From Mayamaea pseudoterrestris (Eukaryota): a DNA stretch of 64,000 nt. Under the pieces are notes generated by a model. That model saw nothing but the letters and a program-made list of their open reading frames with translations. It was not told where the DNA came from and searched no databases. A program made the position numbers and the translations under genes. Positions 21,801-31,672 of this stretch are shown piece after piece; within the stretch, counting starts at the first letter, position 1, and every line of letters begins with the position of its first letter. The stretch covers positions 186,001 through 250,000 of the forward strand of contig BROI01000023.1 of the NCBI GenBank assembly GCA_027923505.1, read 5' to 3'.

Positions 21801-22719
21801 ATGACAATTTTGCCTCGATTGTGACGGCTGCGAAGTGGGGACGAAACGTCTACGCGTCAATCCAAAAGTTTCTGCAGTTTCAGTTGACGGTCAACATTGC
21901 GGCTGTCGTCACTGCTCTAACTGGAGCACTGGCATATCAAACGAGCCCGCTGGCAGCAATTCAATTGTTGTGGGTGAATTTGCTGATGGACTCGTTGGCG
22001 AGTCTTGCTCTTGCATCCGAACCACCAGTTGATGAGTTGTTGCAGCGTCCGCCAGTTAACCGAACCGATAGCATGATTACGAAGCACATGGCAGCGAACA
22101 TGGTCGGTCAAGCTGTCTATCAGATCACTGTGGTAATGGTGTTGTTGTTTGCTGGTCCTAGGCTCTTGAATATAGAGCCTGGCAATGAAGTCGAGGCCAG
22201 AGACGAGAACTCGGAGCATTACACGATTATTTTCAACACTTTCGTTTGGATGCAGCTCTTTAACGAAGTCAACTCGCGAAAGCTGAAGGGCGAATGTAAG
22301 TTCTGCGGTGATTGCAAAGATATGGAATTGTTGAACGCAGTCTCACTCTCATTCTATCTTCGTGCGTAGTTAACGTTTTCAAGGGCATGTTCAACAATCC
22401 ATTGTTCTACATCATTTTGTTTACGACAGCGGGTTTACAATGTTTGATTGTTCAGTTTGGAAGCCTTGCTTTTCACGTCGTCGAAGGTGGCTTGGACGGC
22501 AAGATGTGGTTGTTGTCGCTGGCGTTTGGAGCCGGCTCGCTGCCCATTCAACAGCTTATCAATCTGCTGTATCGCATCGCTCAGCATTTCAAGCAAGGGT
22601 ATCGCATGAAGAAGCGACGTAGCAAGTATGGACATTTGTCGACGCAAAAGATCCGGACGCACGGAGAGAATTTGTCGCATCCTCATTCGGTCGAGTTGAG
22701 CGGTGGCCCAGGACGTTGA
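18873..22719 (+). CDS. P2B (PMCA/ACA-type) Ca2+-ATPase; exons 18873-20370, 20469-21649, 21728-22295, 22370-22719
   Basis: [20 protein letters not shown] restored by splicing, [43 protein letters not shown]; three GT-AG introns of 98, 78 and 74 nt keep the frame. Confidence 0.95.
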
Positions 22720-23537
22720 GAATTCTACGATCACGCGACATCTTACCGGACATGATACAAAGGGACACGTACAAATTTCAATTTAGCTGTTAGTAATGTT
22801 TAAGCCTCGTCATTACTTGTAGGGAGTTCTCTGCAAAGAGTTGTCTCCTCGGCCAAAGACTCACCTTTCCAAGTGAAACCGGCAGTAGCAATGCCAAATC
22901 CAAACGTGGTCCTCATGTTGTTATAGTTAATCAATTGATGTCGCGTCGACATGGTAATTAAAGTCTTTCGCATTGAGCCGTACAAACCAGCTTGACAAGC
23001 TAAAAGCACGTGGTCACATGTCACATTTGTTGTGACGAGCATTGACGACGTGCATATTCCAACTAACATACAAGCGAAACCTCTTGCAGTAAGGCTTCTC
23101 TACAAAGCATTCGCAACTGTTCAGCCGCCTCTCTTCAACTCTATCACATTTTTCATACTACAAAGAGCAATCAGGCAAACTCTTGCGTCGTGCTGAAAAT
23201 GAAACGACCGGCGACATGCGACACCCATGGCCAATCTCGTTAAAAGCGCATGCAAGAGCTCATATATCGCATAAACTAGAGGTTCGACATGCAAGTGAAG
23301 AGCCTAGTGGTGACTGCAGTATTATGATATGGGCAGCCCTCATGTGTTCGAATACTTGCATTACCATTCGACACACATGCGCAACGTGGAACCCGAGAGG
23401 CGAATCCTGGAACTTTTACACACAATGCTCTTTGACAGCACACTGATACCAATCAGCTATAACATAAAGTAGACGCCTTTTGCAATTGCAAGGACAGTGC
23501 AATGAAACAACGAAACATCCGCCGCTAGTTTCGCGCC

Positions 23538-23975
23538 TAAAGCACGACGAGATCGTTTACGAGTGCCAATGAAAACTGCGTCATTAGGCTATATTATGAA
23601 ACGAGTTCCAGTGTCAGTTACGTCAAAGGCAATAGTTTAAAACGGGTGCCAGTGAAAACTGCGTCATAAGGCAATAGTGTGAAACGAGTGCCAGTGAAAA
23701 CAGCGTCACAAGGCAAAAACACGAAACGAGTGCCAGTGAAAACTGCGTCACTAAGCATTGATACGATTCGAGTACCAGTGCACCACGTCACTAGGCAATA
23801 GTATGAAACGAGTGCCAGTGTCAATTACGTCACAAGGCAATAGTATGAAACGAGTGCCAGTGTCAATTACGTCACAAGGCAATAGTATGAAACGGGTGCC
23901 AGTGAAAACTGCGTCATAAGGCAATAGTATGAAACGAGTGCCAGTGAAAACTGCGTCATTTTTGTGTACTGACGG
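23538..23975. mobile_element. Dispersed element copy 2: fixed head, ~10 x 42-bp units, fixed tail
   Basis: Same head and tail as 2963-3194; the 14-aa periodicity (DAVFTGTRFILLPY) in spurious minus ORFs confirms a 42-bp unit. Confidence 0.7.
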
Positions 23976-24043
23976 ACCCATACTGCGACATCTACAACCA
24001 TGCCATCCGAACAATTCGACATCATTACCATAGATAGTCCACC

Positions 24044-27000
24044 ATGGCAAGACCTTCTCGGCAGCCTCGTTCACTCATTGAAGTTATAGTTTCTACAGAC
24101 AATGACGTTCGCAACTCTTCGCTCTCCCACTACTGCGCGCTGGTGTCAACAAACTGTTTGCTCGAGCAATGCGTCGAGCTTGATGAATTTCGACGCACGT
24201 CAACAATCAACCTTTACGAACGCGTTCGCGCGTGCTTTTTTCTTTACGCAATTCATCGGTTTCACCTCGTCGATATTCCAGATAGTGGAGAGATTCCGTA
24301 TTCTGGCTACAAGTGTTTGCAGAATAGACAGTTTGAGCAAGCCATTGAGAATTTTCTAAACATTCATAACCAACGACCTTCCAAATCCATCAGCAGTGCG
24401 CTTGCCAAGGCCTACTACCACTTGGGCTTCCAACTACTAGCAAATCAAGTTCGACTTTCAGTCAAGAATCATCCTGGAAACTCGTGGATGTTTCAATTTC
24501 AGCTTGTTCAGGATCATCCGTACAACTTTCATCCAGACCTCCTCCAAGCGAACTGCAACGGAGGAAGCAAACGCTTCCTGCAAGAATCAACACCAGTACG
24601 CATGGATCTTTCGCACTGCGGATGGTCTGATATTTTCTTCCTTGGCATGGACTATCCCGAAGGTGCGCGTGTTTTGAATGCTTCGATTGACTTGTCGGTT
24701 TATGTGAATCATCAGCGCAACAATGGAGACGCAAAAGCAGCTAATGACAGCAATCAGCCGAAGCCTCCGATTGATACTATTTTGCAAGTTATTTCGGAAC
24801 CAGTCTTGCGACTAACGAGCATTGACTTGAAGTGCGAAGTCACATTGACGCTCATTTCGGAAGTGTTTGACTTTGCTAAGGACTACTTGGGACTGTTGCG
24901 CGCTGGTATCATTGCGTCGGGAATTGTTCCACTTGGTTTGGAAGACTCCAAGGCCCCACTGTCGGCACTGTTTGACAAGACAATTGGTTTAGGCAAAGGA
25001 GTGCATCTCATCACGCACGTCAATGACATTCCAAAGGGGTCGCGTTTGGCGGTATCAACAAACCTTTTGGCTTCCATCATTGCAGTCGGCATGCGAGCGA
25101 CCGGTCAAACTCAGCAATTAACTGGACCATTGACGGAGGATGAGCGACGCTTGGTAGCTGCGCGAGCTATATTAGGCGAATGGTTGGGAGGTTCCGGTGG
25201 CGGATGGCAGGATTCTGGTGGACTGTGGCCTGGACTAAAGCTTATTGAAGGTGTCCGAGCGGAAGAAAACGATCCAGAGCATGGGACGAGCCGAGGACGT
25301 TTGCTGCCGATGCATCGGCAGTTGAGTGACATTGAGGCCCCATCAACTCTACTGGAGGCTTTGCAGAACCATCTTGTACTTGTGCACGGAGGCATGGCGC
25401 AGAATGTGGGACCAGTGCTCGAAATGGTGACAGAAAAGTACCTTCTTCGTGAGTCGGATGAATGGCGAGCAAGGAACGAGGCACTCCTTATATTGGACGA
25501 TATATTAAAGGCATGCAAAGACAATGATGTTACTCGACTCGCAAAGTTGACCACGCGAAACTTCTTCGAGCCCGTCCAAACCATCATTCCTTGGGCCTCG
25601 AATGTGTATACTGAGACCATCATTTCGCGGACGCGTGAGGATTTTGGCGATGATTTTCTTGGTTTTTGGATGCTAGGTGGTTGCTCCGGTGGCGGCATGG
25701 GGTTTATTTTTAAACCCAGCGCCAGACAACGAGCTCTGGTCAGACTGCATGAGATTATTCTACACGCGAAGCGAGAACTGGAACATGCTCTGCCCTTTGC
25801 CATGGATCCATGCGTTTACAACTTTTCAATTAATCAACACGGTACAGTCGCTCAATTGCACGACGGTGCGCCACCGTCATGGATCAAGAACGGATCTACA
25901 TCGCCAGCATCAGAGGAGTCGGTATCGAACGGGGCTCTGGAGACACTGTTGAATGCGATTGGTTTTGATCGGGAGCAGCACGAAACTGTTCGCGCGCTGT
26001 ACCAGAACAGAAAGATTGGTTTGCGTCAAAACCGTCTACCGGTTAGCACTGAAATGAAAGACGTTTTACACAAGGATATTGTTACAACGAGTTGCATTTC
26101 GCCAGCGTTGCATGAGCGGGGCGTGGCCCTGATCCAAAACGGAGCAGTGGCGGTCGTTACATTAGCGGCCGGACTTGGAACCCGCTGGACACAAGGGGCA
26201 GGGTGCGTAAAAGCAATCCATCCTTTTTGTAAGCTGAACGGCAAGCATCGAACTTTTCTTGAGATTCATATCGCAAAGAGTCGTTGCATCTCAGAATTTG
26301 CTGGCGCTACCTTGCCAATGCCCCATATCATTACCACCAGCTTTTTGACGGACAAGCCAATCAAAGAATATTTGCATCGTTTTCAATGCCATGCTTATGC
26401 CGGGCCACTAATCGTTTCTTGTGGAACTGCTGTTGGCATCCGACTAATACCGACTGTCTCCGATCTCAATTTTAAGCACGAGCAAGAAGCCGTTCTTGAC
26501 AAACAAGCTCAAAAGGTCAAGGAAAGTTGCAATCGAGCCGCGAAATGCTGGGCAGAGTCATGCGGCCCGGCCAGCGACTATCGCGAAAATCTTCCATCAC
26601 AGTGCTTGCATCCAGTCGGACACTTTTGGGAAGTGCCGAACCTGCTTACCAATGGTACGCTACCACGTTTATTAGATGAACACCCGCAATTACAGTACTT
26701 GATGCTTCACAATATTGATACCGTTGGTGCAGACGTTGATCCAGCCATCTTGGGGCTCTTTGCCGACCGCGGCAGTGCTTTTGCGTTTGAGGTGATTCCT
26801 CGCCAAATCCAGGATGTGGGTGGAGGATTAGCTCGTGTGAACGGAAGGACGAGGCTCGTAGAAGGCCTGGCATGGCCGCGCGAGGAAGATGAATTTAAAT
26901 TCTCGTACTACAATAGTATGACTACATGGATCGATATCGACAAGATGCTGTACACCTTTAAACTAGACCGCGATGATCTCAGTGACGCGAGCAAAGTTTC

Positions 27001-27280
27001 TCACGCCGTCCATTCTTTTTCACTTCGGCTTCCAACGTACGTGGCGTTGAAAGATGTAAAGCGACGATGGGGCAATGGACACGAGGACGTGCTGCCAACA
27101 GCTCAGTTTGAGCAGCTATGGAGTGATATCACAAGTCTCGACGATGTCGACTGTGACTTTTTCTTGGTCCCCAGAACGAGGGGTGGTCAGTTGAAGGATG
27201 TTGCGCAACTTGATGGGTGGTTGCGTGACGGTTCAGCAAAACACTTGGAGTCCATTTGCGCATGGCCGGACAGTGAGTAA
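24044..27280 (+). CDS. Fused GHMP-family sugar kinase + UDP-sugar pyrophosphorylase (UDPGP family), intronless, 1078 aa
   Basis: Kinase part: TPVRMDL, IPKGSRLAVS, SGGGWQD, MLGGCSGGGMGF. Pyrophosphorylase part: LAAGLGTRW....VK, PVGH, HNID, GGGL, FEQ. Confidence 0.85.
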   Translation: MARPSRQPRSLIEVIVSTDNDVRNSSLSHYCALVSTNCLLEQCVELDEFRRTSTINLYERVRACFFLYAIHRFHLVDIPDSGEIPYSGYKCLQNRQFEQAIENFLNIHNQRPSKSISSALAKAYYHLGFQLLANQVRLSVKNHPGNSWMFQFQLVQDHPYNFHPDLLQANCNGGSKRFLQESTPVRMDLSHCGWSDIFFLGMDYPEGARVLNASIDLSVYVNHQRNNGDAKAANDSNQPKPPIDTILQVISEPVLRLTSIDLKCEVTLTLISEVFDFAKDYLGLLRAGIIASGIVPLGLEDSKAPLSALFDKTIGLGKGVHLITHVNDIPKGSRLAVSTNLLASIIAVGMRATGQTQQLTGPLTEDERRLVAARAILGEWLGGSGGGWQDSGGLWPGLKLIEGVRAEENDPEHGTSRGRLLPMHRQLSDIEAPSTLLEALQNHLVLVHGGMAQNVGPVLEMVTEKYLLRESDEWRARNEALLILDDILKACKDNDVTRLAKLTTRNFFEPVQTIIPWASNVYTETIISRTREDFGDDFLGFWMLGGCSGGGMGFIFKPSARQRALVRLHEIILHAKRELEHALPFAMDPCVYNFSINQHGTVAQLHDGAPPSWIKNGSTSPASEESVSNGALETLLNAIGFDREQHETVRALYQNRKIGLRQNRLPVSTEMKDVLHKDIVTTSCISPALHERGVALIQNGAVAVVTLAAGLGTRWTQGAGCVKAIHPFCKLNGKHRTFLEIHIAKSRCISEFAGATLPMPHIITTSFLTDKPIKEYLHRFQCHAYAGPLIVSCGTAVGIRLIPTVSDLNFKHEQEAVLDKQAQKVKESCNRAAKCWAESCGPASDYRENLPSQCLHPVGHFWEVPNLLTNGTLPRLLDEHPQLQYLMLHNIDTVGADVDPAILGLFADRGSAFAFEVIPRQIQDVGGGLARVNGRTRLVEGLAWPREEDEFKFSYYNSMTTWIDIDKMLYTFKLDRDDLSDASKVSHAVHSFSLRLPTYVALKDVKRRWGNGHEDVLPTAQFEQLWSDITSLDDVDCDFFLVPRTRGGQLKDVAQLDGWLRDGSAKHLESICAWPDSE

Positions 27281-27519
27281 AAACACAAAAGGTGGTTAGT
27301 CTTGGCTTTCTGCAAAGCTATTGAATTCAAAGCGACACCAAGTTGCAAATATAAGATAAAGTAAAATATAGAGTGTTACATTTCCTATTGACAACTGAGT
27401 GGCTAAAATAATGATCATATATATCCCATACAATATCCACTAAATATGGAGTCAAACGATTTCCGTTTGCCACAATTTCCATGCAAATTTTCACCCAGAC
27501 TACCCATTCCACTACCAAG

Positions 27520-28353
27520 CTACTCGTCATCAGAGTCTTCATTCTCCGCATCAAGCTCGGCAATCTTTTGGTTCATGCGCATGCTAGCCTCCATGAGGCG
27601 CGTCTCAAAGGTTGCCGAATGCCGATTCGTCGGGTTGTTAGCCAAGTACACGTACGGAACAAAGACAACATCGCGAACGGTCGACGCCACAAGTCTCGGC
27701 ATGTGTGGACCATGTGCGTTGGTCAGCGAATGGCAATACGGTTCAATGTTTTCAACCATGTGAAGAGGTAGTTCAATTGCGCCACTCTCAAAAATACGTT
27801 CAAAGAAGCGAACGTTCCAGTCCGTAAACGGTCCAGTCGTATCCTGGCTGTCGAAATCTGGATCATCAAAATTTCCATGTAGGAATTGAACAAAGCAAAG
27901 GACGTTTCCAATGTGTGCCTGTGTTGCCTGGAGGAAAGTATCGAACAAGCCCATAACAGCAGACGCTCGCACTTGCGGAGATATCCAAGAACACTTGGCG
28001 AGGTTTTCCATGGTCATGCTCATGATCCAGGTATTATCAAAGTAATACATTAAGTAGCCGTTCAACTCTTGAATGAGATCGTTTGCAACTTGGTCTAGCC
28101 GCCGAGCATGCTTTATTTGCTCGATAATGTAGCGGATTCGATCCCAAACATCCGATATCATGAGGCCCTTGTAGTAAGATCCAATGGCACGCGTCAATCC
28201 AGGCTCCTGCAACTTTCGATTCAAACAGAGAAGAGTGGTTCGAAGTTGCTGGCGCATGTCAATGGGACGTTTCCAGTGTTGATAAGGACCTTCGCTGCTC
28301 GCACTGGACCCGTCTGAGGATGCAGACGAAACCGATAGTTCCTCGTCATTCAT
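27520..28353 (-). CDS. Hypothetical protein, 277 aa
   Basis: ATG-initiated ORF with globular-looking composition and an acidic C-terminus. Confidence 0.65.
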   Translation of the reverse strand: MNDEELSVSSASSDGSSASSEGPYQHWKRPIDMRQQLRTTLLCLNRKLQEPGLTRAIGSYYKGLMISDVWDRIRYIIEQIKHARRLDQVANDLIQELNGYLMYYFDNTWIMSMTMENLAKCSWISPQVRASAVMGLFDTFLQATQAHIGNVLCFVQFLHGNFDDPDFDSQDTTGPFTDWNVRFFERIFESGAIELPLHMVENIEPYCHSLTNAHGPHMPRLVASTVRDVVFVPYVYLANNPTNRHSATFETRLMEASMRMNQKIAELDAENEDSDDE

Positions 28354-28812
28354 CTTTTTTCCAGACAGAACCTTCAGTACTCGCAGCTAATGAGCAATTG
28401 CAGTTGATACTTCTTCGTTGCAAGAGTCAGCAAGGAAGAGGTTTTGTCACGCTTTCGAAAACGATGTCGTTCACATAACCGGTGTGACGGTTGACGGCGG
28501 TCGGTTGTCATTGGCGCAATCTCGAGCAACCGGTACTCAAACCAGCGATGCAGGCGCTCGCAGAAACGCCTCTCCTGTTTGGCATTGCATTCCATCCGCA
28601 CCTCACGGAAGCTTCCTGGAGTTTACGAGGGAGATACGGCGAGACTAGAGTCAACGAGAGGGTCATTGCCGAGTAGTGAGAGTCGCGTGAGATTGTGAAT
28701 CTGAACGGGAAAGCTTTGGAGGTGCTGCAGACGGACAGCGCAAGGTGACGACAACCTCGACCATTGACTGGCTCCTACTGCAATCTACGGTATATAGCTG
28801 CGCATCTCCATC

Positions 28813-31602
28813 ATGAGAGATTACAACGCTATTCCATACAGAAGTCCCAAGCAGCGCGAGCAGTCGGGACCTCCATCGGCTGTATCAAAGTTTGTTCCTA
28901 ATATGTCAATGGACTATGTGAGACCCAGCCAGCATGCGAGGCACAGCCAAGGGGGTGAGCGAAGTGGTTCAGTACGCATTGAAACACCGTCGCAGCGACA
29001 GCAACGAACATCTCTTGAAAGTACAAGGAGGAGCAATGACTCGTCGAAAATGTTTCGCAAAAGTATTGGATCTCCTCCGCCTAGCATGTCGCTGCAACCG
29101 AAGAAGCAATCATCCTCGTCACCAACGAGCAGCCCTCAAAGCACCGCCAATACAACCAACACGGAGACGACTCTATCCGCACCAAATGCTACCGATGATA
29201 CCATTCGCCGGTTACGAAACGCACTAGTTGACGACGCGCACGTGAAGGAGTCGTCGTCGCAAGATTACCCAAACCAGCAGCACCAACAACATTACATGCA
29301 GAATGCAGCAGCTAGCAAGTCGGACTCTGAAGTCATGGAGCTTCGCTCAACAGTCCGTCAACTCAAGCGCCAGCTCGACAAGCTTCATGGTGAAAAGCAA
29401 AATCTACTCGAACAATTTCAACAACAGCTTAATAGACACGACAATACCGCTGATAATCATTCACATGATGCTGCATCAGCGCAAGACGCTCGCATTGGCG
29501 AAATGCAGGTGGAGTTGGACAGGGCGCACGCGCAAATACTCACAGCCAACATGGTCCGCAAGGAGCTGGAGGACACGCTTGAGGCGGAGCAGTATACATG
29601 GGATTTGAGGGTGCAGGATCAGGAGCGCATGATTCAACAAATGCAGGACGAGTGTGTCACGCTGGCGGATGAGTTGCTGCAGTGTAAACAGCAATGGAAA
29701 GATTCGGAGCAACAATGGTCCGGACAAGTGCAAGGGTTGCATCAACAGCTGGAAAAGACAATGAATGAGGCGCAGCACTGGAAGAATATGCAAATGGAAG
29801 ATGACCATGATATCTCGGATTTAAAAGAGCGTCTGCTGGAATTGGAGCAGGAACGAAGTGATCTCCAAAGCTGCCTTGACGAAGCGCTCAAAGAATTGGA
29901 GGCGGTTGATGCTGAACTACAAAATGATCGTGGTATGAACGAGTTACATCGAGAGAATGAGCACTTGCGTAGTCTGGTCGAGGCTGGCGATGGCGAACTT
30001 GTCGACTCTCTCCGCTACTTGCTTCGTTGGCTCATGGAACGAGACGGAGTTGAACAAGAAAGTGCACACAATACTCCAAGCAACGCGAAGGAACTTGTGG
30101 CAGCAATCAAATCGCATCTGGAAGGTGCGCCGACAAGTGACAGAGACATGTCCGCAACGCGACAGCAGGTAGAGAACCTTGAGTCGCAACTTTCTGTGTA
30201 TCGAGGCGATTTGAGAGCGCGGGAAGAAAGTAGCAACGAACTCCGGCATAGTCTGAAAGAAGCAGTGTCACTGCTACGGCCTCTTCAAGATGCAGTGGCC
30301 AAGGCCGATCAAGAGAAACTTGTTCTGCAGAATCAACTTGATGAAGTCAATCGAGACACGCACAACGACGACGTTCATGAAACATTGGCGCATCTCCAGG
30401 AGAAACTGCAGAGAAAGGAAGAAGAATGCAGTCGACTGCAAGAGCAGACAGAATCACTCACGATCCAACTATCCAAGGCAAACATGACGGCCGCAACATC
30501 ACTCGTGTCCGCGCATAAGGCGCTTGAAGCAGAATCACCATCATTATCCAAAGCTCGCGAGGGTTTGCGGGCTAAGCGACAAATGCTAGCTGATGCGCAG
30601 AATCGTTTCTCGTTATTACGATCGCCAAACAAGGTTGGCGTTGAAGTGAACAACCAGGCGCCTGTCACCCGCGATGCGGAACAACTTGAACACATGGAGC
30701 GATCCCACGAGCAAGCGCTGGAGACTGTTAAAGAGTACGAGCGACAAATCAATGACCTCCAAAATGAGTGCAAGTTACTGAAAGGAGATCTGTCTGGCAA
30801 AGAAGTCGAAATACGCGCACTGGAGCAAACGTTAGCCGATGCCAGGCGAAGCAACGACGAAAACGAGATGGCTTCGCGCCAACAAGCGCAAATTCGGATA
30901 CGAGGCTTGGAATCGTCTCAGAAAGCGCTCCAAGATGAACTTTCGGTCAGAAAGGCATCCGAGAGAAAGCTCAATAAGAGTTTGAAGGAAGCTCTAAGCC
31001 TTCTCAAACCGTTACAGCAACATTTGGAAGAAGCCGAGGCTGAAAAGAAAGAGATGTGGGACGAGCTGATTATGCTTCGCGCCCGAGCAAGTAATGTTCA
31101 TCGGCAAGGAGACGAACAAGAGCATGTGCAAGGACTGGAAGACACTATCCGACAGCTTGAATTTGAGAACTCTCGTTTGCACGATGCCCTTGAAGACATG
31201 TCACAAACAGTAAGCCAATCTCACTTGAGCGGACATACATCTGCCGTAAGCAAGAACGATTCGCGTTTGCGCGAAGACTTTGTAGAGCTGAAAAGCAGAT
31301 ACGAGGTCACTCGGGGCCGATTGGAAGACGCTCATGTTGAAAATCATGCTTTAGTAGAATCGATTAGACGGAGAGAAAAGGAAGAACGAACCATGATGGA
31401 TGAGATTCATGGTCTTCACGAACAGCTTGCTCAAACGCAGGCAGCTTTGGAGAAGGCAGCAAACGCACTCGTTGCAAGGGAAGGGAATATTGGCGGCATC
31501 AGCTATGGTCGCTTTAGCACAGATTCACAAAAAACGAAACATCAGCTAAACGGCAAAGAAAGAGACGACGCGCCCGGGGCGACTATTCGTCGATTAACCT
31601 AG
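28813..31602 (+). CDS. Long coiled-coil protein, 929 aa
   Basis: E/Q/L/K-rich heptads; duplicated motif LKEA(V/L)SLL(R/K)PLQ. Confidence 0.85.
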   Translation: MRDYNAIPYRSPKQREQSGPPSAVSKFVPNMSMDYVRPSQHARHSQGGERSGSVRIETPSQRQQRTSLESTRRSNDSSKMFRKSIGSPPPSMSLQPKKQSSSSPTSSPQSTANTTNTETTLSAPNATDDTIRRLRNALVDDAHVKESSSQDYPNQQHQQHYMQNAAASKSDSEVMELRSTVRQLKRQLDKLHGEKQNLLEQFQQQLNRHDNTADNHSHDAASAQDARIGEMQVELDRAHAQILTANMVRKELEDTLEAEQYTWDLRVQDQERMIQQMQDECVTLADELLQCKQQWKDSEQQWSGQVQGLHQQLEKTMNEAQHWKNMQMEDDHDISDLKERLLELEQERSDLQSCLDEALKELEAVDAELQNDRGMNELHRENEHLRSLVEAGDGELVDSLRYLLRWLMERDGVEQESAHNTPSNAKELVAAIKSHLEGAPTSDRDMSATRQQVENLESQLSVYRGDLRAREESSNELRHSLKEAVSLLRPLQDAVAKADQEKLVLQNQLDEVNRDTHNDDVHETLAHLQEKLQRKEEECSRLQEQTESLTIQLSKANMTAATSLVSAHKALEAESPSLSKAREGLRAKRQMLADAQNRFSLLRSPNKVGVEVNNQAPVTRDAEQLEHMERSHEQALETVKEYERQINDLQNECKLLKGDLSGKEVEIRALEQTLADARRSNDENEMASRQQAQIRIRGLESSQKALQDELSVRKASERKLNKSLKEALSLLKPLQQHLEEAEAEKKEMWDELIMLRARASNVHRQGDEQEHVQGLEDTIRQLEFENSRLHDALEDMSQTVSQSHLSGHTSAVSKNDSRLREDFVELKSRYEVTRGRLEDAHVENHALVESIRRREKEERTMMDEIHGLHEQLAQTQAALEKAANALVAREGNIGGISYGRFSTDSQKTKHQLNGKERDDAPGATIRRLT

Positions 31603-31672
31603 TTAAGGAAAAGTATCATCTGTTTTATACAATCGCTAGCTAACTATACAGCATATAAAAGTTTTGACAGCT

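Noticed and set aside
23538..23975. CRISPR or coding-repeat interpretation of the 42-bp units
   Set aside because: Units are contiguous without spacers; the ORFs 23618-23824 and 23751-24074 merely read through the repeat
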